Under the pieces are notes generated by a model. The model made no database searches. It was not told where the DNA came from and saw only the letters and a program-made list of their open reading frames with translations. 64,000 bases of DNA from Acidobacteriota bacterium. GTDB taxonomy: Bacteria > Acidobacteriota > UBA4820 > DSQY01. Shown one piece after another: positions 60,533-64,000 of this stretch (the stretch's first letter is position 1; every line of letters begins with the position of its first letter). A program made the position numbers and the translations under genes. The stretch is from the NCBI GenBank assembly GCA_049967655.1, contig JBMFSH010000007.1, positions 1-64,000 on the forward strand, in the 5' to 3' direction.

Positions 60533-61891
60533 ATGGCCATGAAGAGCGCTACCGTTTTCGTCTGCCAGGCCTGCGGAACGCAGAGCCCCAAGTGGCTGGG
60601 GCGTTGCCCCGGGTGCGGCGAGTGGAACAGCCTGGTGGAGGAAGCGGGCGCGGAGCCCGCGCGCTCCGCCGGGGGCAAGCCCCCTTCGCAGGCCGTTCCC
60701 CTCGCGGAGGTGCGCCCGGAGGAGGGCCGCAGGCTCGGCACGGGCTCCCGGGATCTGGATCGGGTGGTGGGCGGCGGGCTCTTCCCTGGCGGCGTGGTGC
60801 TCCTGGCCGGCGATCCCGGCGTGGGCAAGTCCACCCTCCTCCTCCAGATCTTCGGCGAACTGGCGAAAGAGCGGGCCGTCCTGTACGCCAGCGGTGAGGA
60901 GTCGCTGGCCCAGGTGGCCGGGCGGGCCCACCGCCTCGGTATTTCTGGCGAGCGGCTCCACCTGATGGCGGAGACCTCCGTCGAGGCCGTCCTCGCCGAG
61001 GTGGAGCGACTGGCGCCGGCGGTCCTGGCGGTAGATTCCATCCAGACCAGCTCGGTCGGGAGCCTGTCGGGAGGCGCCGGCTCCCTGGCCCAGGTTCGGG
61101 AGAGCTCGGCTCGGTTCATCGACGCGGCCAAACGACGCGCCATGCCCGCCCTCCTCGTCGGGCACATCACCAAGGAGGGCATGATCGCCGGACCCAAGGC
61201 CCTGGAGCACATGGTGGACACGGTGCTCTACCTGGAGGGGGAGCGGTACAGGCACCTGCGCGCGCTACGGGCCCACAAGAACCGCTACGGAGCCACCTCC
61301 GAGATGGCGCTCATGGAAATGACCACGGAGGGGCTGAAGGCCGTGGAGAATCCCTCGGAGGCGCTGCTGGCGGACCGCCCCGTGGGCGTTCCGGGCTCCG
61401 TCATCGGCGTCTCCCTCCAGGGCACCCGGCCGCTCCTCTTCGAGATCCAGGCGCTCACCTCGCCCTCCGCCTTCGGCCTGGCCAAGAGGATGAGCCTGGG
61501 GCTGGATCGCAACCGCGTCCAGCTCCTCTCGGCGGTCCTCGAACGCTCCATGCGCATCACCCTGGGAGACCGGGATCTCTTCGTCAACGTGGTGGGAGGC
61601 GTGGAGGTGGAGGAGCCTGCGCTGGACCTGCCGCTCTGTCTCGCGGTCGCTTCGGCCTACCGCGGCGTGGCCCTGCCTTCAGACCTGGCCGCCTTTGGAG
61701 AGGTGGGACTGGCGGGGGAGGTGAGGGGTGTCGGCTCCCCCCAGCCCCGGATCGCCGAAGCGGCCGCCCTCGGCTTCCGGCGCTGCGTCTTGCCGGCTTC
61801 CGACGCCAGGCGCCTGGAGCCCGCATCCGGGCAAATGGCCCTTACGCCGGTGGCCACCCTATCGGAGGCCATCGAGTACCTCTTTGCGTAA
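60533..61891 (+). CDS. radA: DNA repair protein RadA/Sms
   Basis: C4 zinc finger, GDPGVGKST, KNRYG, Lon-like C-terminal GEVGLAGE. Confidence 0.97.
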   Translation: MAMKSATVFVCQACGTQSPKWLGRCPGCGEWNSLVEEAGAEPARSAGGKPPSQAVPLAEVRPEEGRRLGTGSRDLDRVVGGGLFPGGVVLLAGDPGVGKSTLLLQIFGELAKERAVLYASGEESLAQVAGRAHRLGISGERLHLMAETSVEAVLAEVERLAPAVLAVDSIQTSSVGSLSGGAGSLAQVRESSARFIDAAKRRAMPALLVGHITKEGMIAGPKALEHMVDTVLYLEGERYRHLRALRAHKNRYGATSEMALMEMTTEGLKAVENPSEALLADRPVGVPGSVIGVSLQGTRPLLFEIQALTSPSAFGLAKRMSLGLDRNRVQLLSAVLERSMRITLGDRDLFVNVVGGVEVEEPALDLPLCLAVASAYRGVALPSDLAAFGEVGLAGEVRGVGSPQPRIAEAAALGFRRCVLPASDARRLEPASGQMALTPVATLSEAIEYLFA

Positions 61892-61971
61892 TTTCTTGAG
61901 TGGGAACGGTCATGGGTGGGGGGAAGCGCCGGAGGGGGCGACCAGTCCCCCTCCGGTAGCCTGCGTGGCGG

Positions 61972-62502
61972 TTACTTGGCGGGCGTGGATGGAGCCTGGT
62001 GAGAGGGTTCCATGGGAGGTTGCGTCTCCCCCACGGAGGGATGGCCGGGCGGCAGTCCTGCTCCGGAGTTCATGTCTCCGGCGTGGCCCTCTCCTCCCTT
62101 GGGCCGAGAGGCGGTGACGGTCCACGTCCCATTTTGGCGCACGAGGTCGTAGAGGTAGACCATGGGGGGTATCTGGCCCTCCTTGAGGCCGTAGGACACC
62201 GTGCAGGTGGCCTTGTCGCCCTCCGTCTTGATGTCGCTGACCGTCACCGTCATCTTATCGGTATTCACGTGGCGCACGCTCTGAACGTAGGTCATGACGG
62301 CCTTCTGCATCTCAGCTTCGAGGGGAGATGCGGCGGGTTGTGCCGCCGCTGATGCCTGTTCCTGGACGGAGGGCGCGGCCTGTGGTGCGGGCTTCTTCTC
62401 TGCGGCACTCCCGGCGGGAGCGGGCGCCTTCTGGCAGGACGCCGCGATGACCAGAACCAGGGGAAGGGTGAGGGTGACGGTTCGAACCACACTGCTCTTC
62501 AT
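61972..62502 (-). CDS. Hypothetical lipoprotein
   Basis: Lipobox IAASC, Ala/Pro linker, small alpha/beta domain, LPPGHP tail. Confidence 0.75.
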   Translation of the reverse strand: MKSSVVRTVTLTLPLVLVIAASCQKAPAPAGSAAEKKPAPQAAPSVQEQASAAAQPAASPLEAEMQKAVMTYVQSVRHVNTDKMTVTVSDIKTEGDKATCTVSYGLKEGQIPPMVYLYDLVRQNGTWTVTASRPKGGEGHAGDMNSGAGLPPGHPSVGETQPPMEPSHQAPSTPAK

Positions 62503-62759
62503 CGGCTAGCTCTCCATGGGAAAAAGACTCTGGTCTGGAACACCTGCAACCTTCGCGCGGCCCAGGCACGCCGACGGCCAAAGCCACGGGGTTGGGCACG
62601 GCAACGTCCGTGCTCGTTTCCCGGCGCAGTGTAGCGCAAAGCCTGTCCGGGCTCCAAGGTGACGACAGGTGACCCGCGGCAAGAAATCGGAGGGAGAGGT
62701 GAAACCTTGGCGGCCGCTCTCCCGTTTAATAAGGTTGAGGTGAAGGTGGAGGTGCTCCC

Positions 62760-63587
62760 ATGAAACGGATGGCGGTTGGGATGGCGGTGCTCTCGGCCAT
62801 GTTGGTCCTGGCGGGGTGCGCCCGGCAGATCCTGGGCTCCTCCGCGGAGGAGCGCGTGGAGAGGACTGTCCCCATGCCGGCCGGGGGAACCTTCGCCCTC
62901 GACAACATCAACGGCTCCATCACCCTCACCGTGGGAAAGCCCGGAGAGGTGCGCATCGTGGCCATCAAACGCGTCCAGGCCTTCAGCCAGGAGAAGGCGA
63001 AGGAGGGGCTGGCCAAGCTGGAGGTGGGGGTCACGGACACCGGCAAGGGGGTCAGGGTGGAGACGCGCTATCCCAAGAGCGCCGGTTTCCTGGCGGGGAT
63101 GGGCTTCAGCGGGACGGTGACCTTTGACGTGGCCGTCCCCGAGGGAACCCCAGCCAAGCTCGCCACGGTCAACGGCACCATTACGGCGGACGTCCCGGCC
63201 TCGGCCATCAGTTGCGAAACCACCAACGGCAAGGTCGACGCGCTTACCTGTGGGCGCATCGACGCGGCCGTCGTGAACGGGACCATCCGCTTCAAGGCCC
63301 AGAACGCCGGAGAGGTGACGACCACCAACGGGAGCATCGAGGGCCAGATCCTCTCGCACGCCCCCGAAAAGGCGCACCTGGAGACGGTCAACGGAAGCAT
63401 CGCTCTCGCCCTCTACCCCGATGCGGCCCTGCACCTTTCCGCCGAGAACGTCAACGGCGGCGTTTCGACGGAGATCAAAGGGCTCAGCGAGTCCAAGCAC
63501 GAACTCTTCGGCGATCTCAACGGCGGCGGCCATACGGTGAGCGTGGAGACCGTCAACGGCTCCATCCACCTCCGGCCCATCCGCTGA
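62760..63587 (+). CDS. DUF4097 beta-strand-repeat lipoprotein
   Basis: Lipobox LAGC; recurring T(V/T)NG.I repeats; GGAGGT RBS. Confidence 0.85.
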   Translation: MKRMAVGMAVLSAMLVLAGCARQILGSSAEERVERTVPMPAGGTFALDNINGSITLTVGKPGEVRIVAIKRVQAFSQEKAKEGLAKLEVGVTDTGKGVRVETRYPKSAGFLAGMGFSGTVTFDVAVPEGTPAKLATVNGTITADVPASAISCETTNGKVDALTCGRIDAAVVNGTIRFKAQNAGEVTTTNGSIEGQILSHAPEKAHLETVNGSIALALYPDAALHLSAENVNGGVSTEIKGLSESKHELFGDLNGGGHTVSVETVNGSIHLRPIR

Positions 63588-63673
63588 CCCCCTGTTCGCC
63601 TTCACCACCCCAAATTCCTCGGCTTGCCCCGCCTGCTTTCCATGTTCTTTCCCTCGTCCCATCGCGGGATGGG

Positions 63674-63710
63674 GGTCTCCGTGGTGGTCTCCGTGGGTCT
63701 CCGTGGGTCT
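63674..63710. repeat. GGTCTCCGTG tandem repeat (x3) upstream of uvrA
   Basis: Copies at 63674, 63686 and 63696; the CTCCGTG unit matches the right arms of the nuo and RND spacer elements. Confidence 0.65.
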
Positions 63711-63764
63711 TGGCAGGGCCGCATCTTCATGATAGAAGGAAAGTTTCGGAGGATGTGCGAGTCC

Positions 63765-64000
63765 ATGGAGCTGATCCGAATCAAGGGCGCCCGGGAACAC
63801 AACCTGAAGAACCTGGACGTCACCCTGCCCAAGAACAAGCTCGTGGTCATCACGGGCCTTTCGGGCTCCGGCAAATCTTCGCTGGCCTTTGACACGCTCT
63901 ACGCCGAGGGTCAGCGACGGTACGTGGAGTCGCTCTCTGCCTATGCGCGGCAGTTCCTCGATCTCATGGAGAAGCCCGACGTGGACTCCATCGAGGGGCT
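63765..64000 (+). CDS. uvrA: Excinuclease ABC subunit A (5' part, runs off the window)
   Basis: Manual translation [16 protein letters not shown]...[29 protein letters not shown]. Confidence 0.97.
   Translation, partial: MELIRIKGAREHNLKNLDVTLPKNKLVVITGLSGSGKSSLAFDTLYAEGQRRYVESLSAYARQFLDLMEKPDVDSIEG

Noticed and set aside
62520..62700. c-di-GMP-I riboswitch-like GCAAAGCC motifs
   Set aside because: The GGCAAA/GNRA P2 arrangement of the motif could not be assembled.
63590..63764. LexA/SOS box upstream of uvrA (uvrB and uvrD also checked)
   Set aside because: No shared palindrome or convincing GTTC-N7-GTTC or CTGT-N8-ACAG match was found by eye.

Overview
High-GC bacterial chromosomal window, mostly core genome; the gene content is compatible with an Acidobacteriota- or Deltaproteobacteria-like diderm, but taxonomy cannot be fixed from the sequence alone. 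From left to right: a minus-strand nuoA-B-C-D-H-I-J-K cluster with no nuoEFG; uvrD/pcrA; tRNA-Glu, -Gln, -Cys and -Leu; a DUF202 protein with a long heptad expansion; a rubrerythrin-VIT1 fusion; tsaE and nnr; a TPR plus tandem cNMP protein; a TolC/MFP/RND pump with a PII-like gene; PAS-GGDEF-EAL; uvrB; tgt; a dnaK-hsp20-dnaJ-hspR-sigma operon with a HAIR-like operator; comM; tetR; ileS-lspA-lgt-rluD-DUF2520; an orphan extended MglA GTPase; rsmI, nrnA, a K+ channel and a thiolase; tRNA-Asp with a duplicated 3' end; a HAD phosphatase; a disulfide oxidoreductase; csp; pyrR-pyrB-pyrC-radA; DUF4097; and the start of uvrA. I saw no CRISPR array, integrase, transposase or prophage. The most unusual items are (i) a family of small intergenic elements with inverted ends built from short 8-10 nt repeats (ACCACAGAG...CTCTGTGGT) inserted between operon genes, (ii) the RTxLA-heptad DUF202 protein, (iii) the HspR/HAIR operon that includes a sigma factor, (iv) the MglA with a C-terminal extension beside a RacA-like MerR protein, and (v) the repeat structure at tRNA-Asp. 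All family calls are from motif recognition, not database searches.
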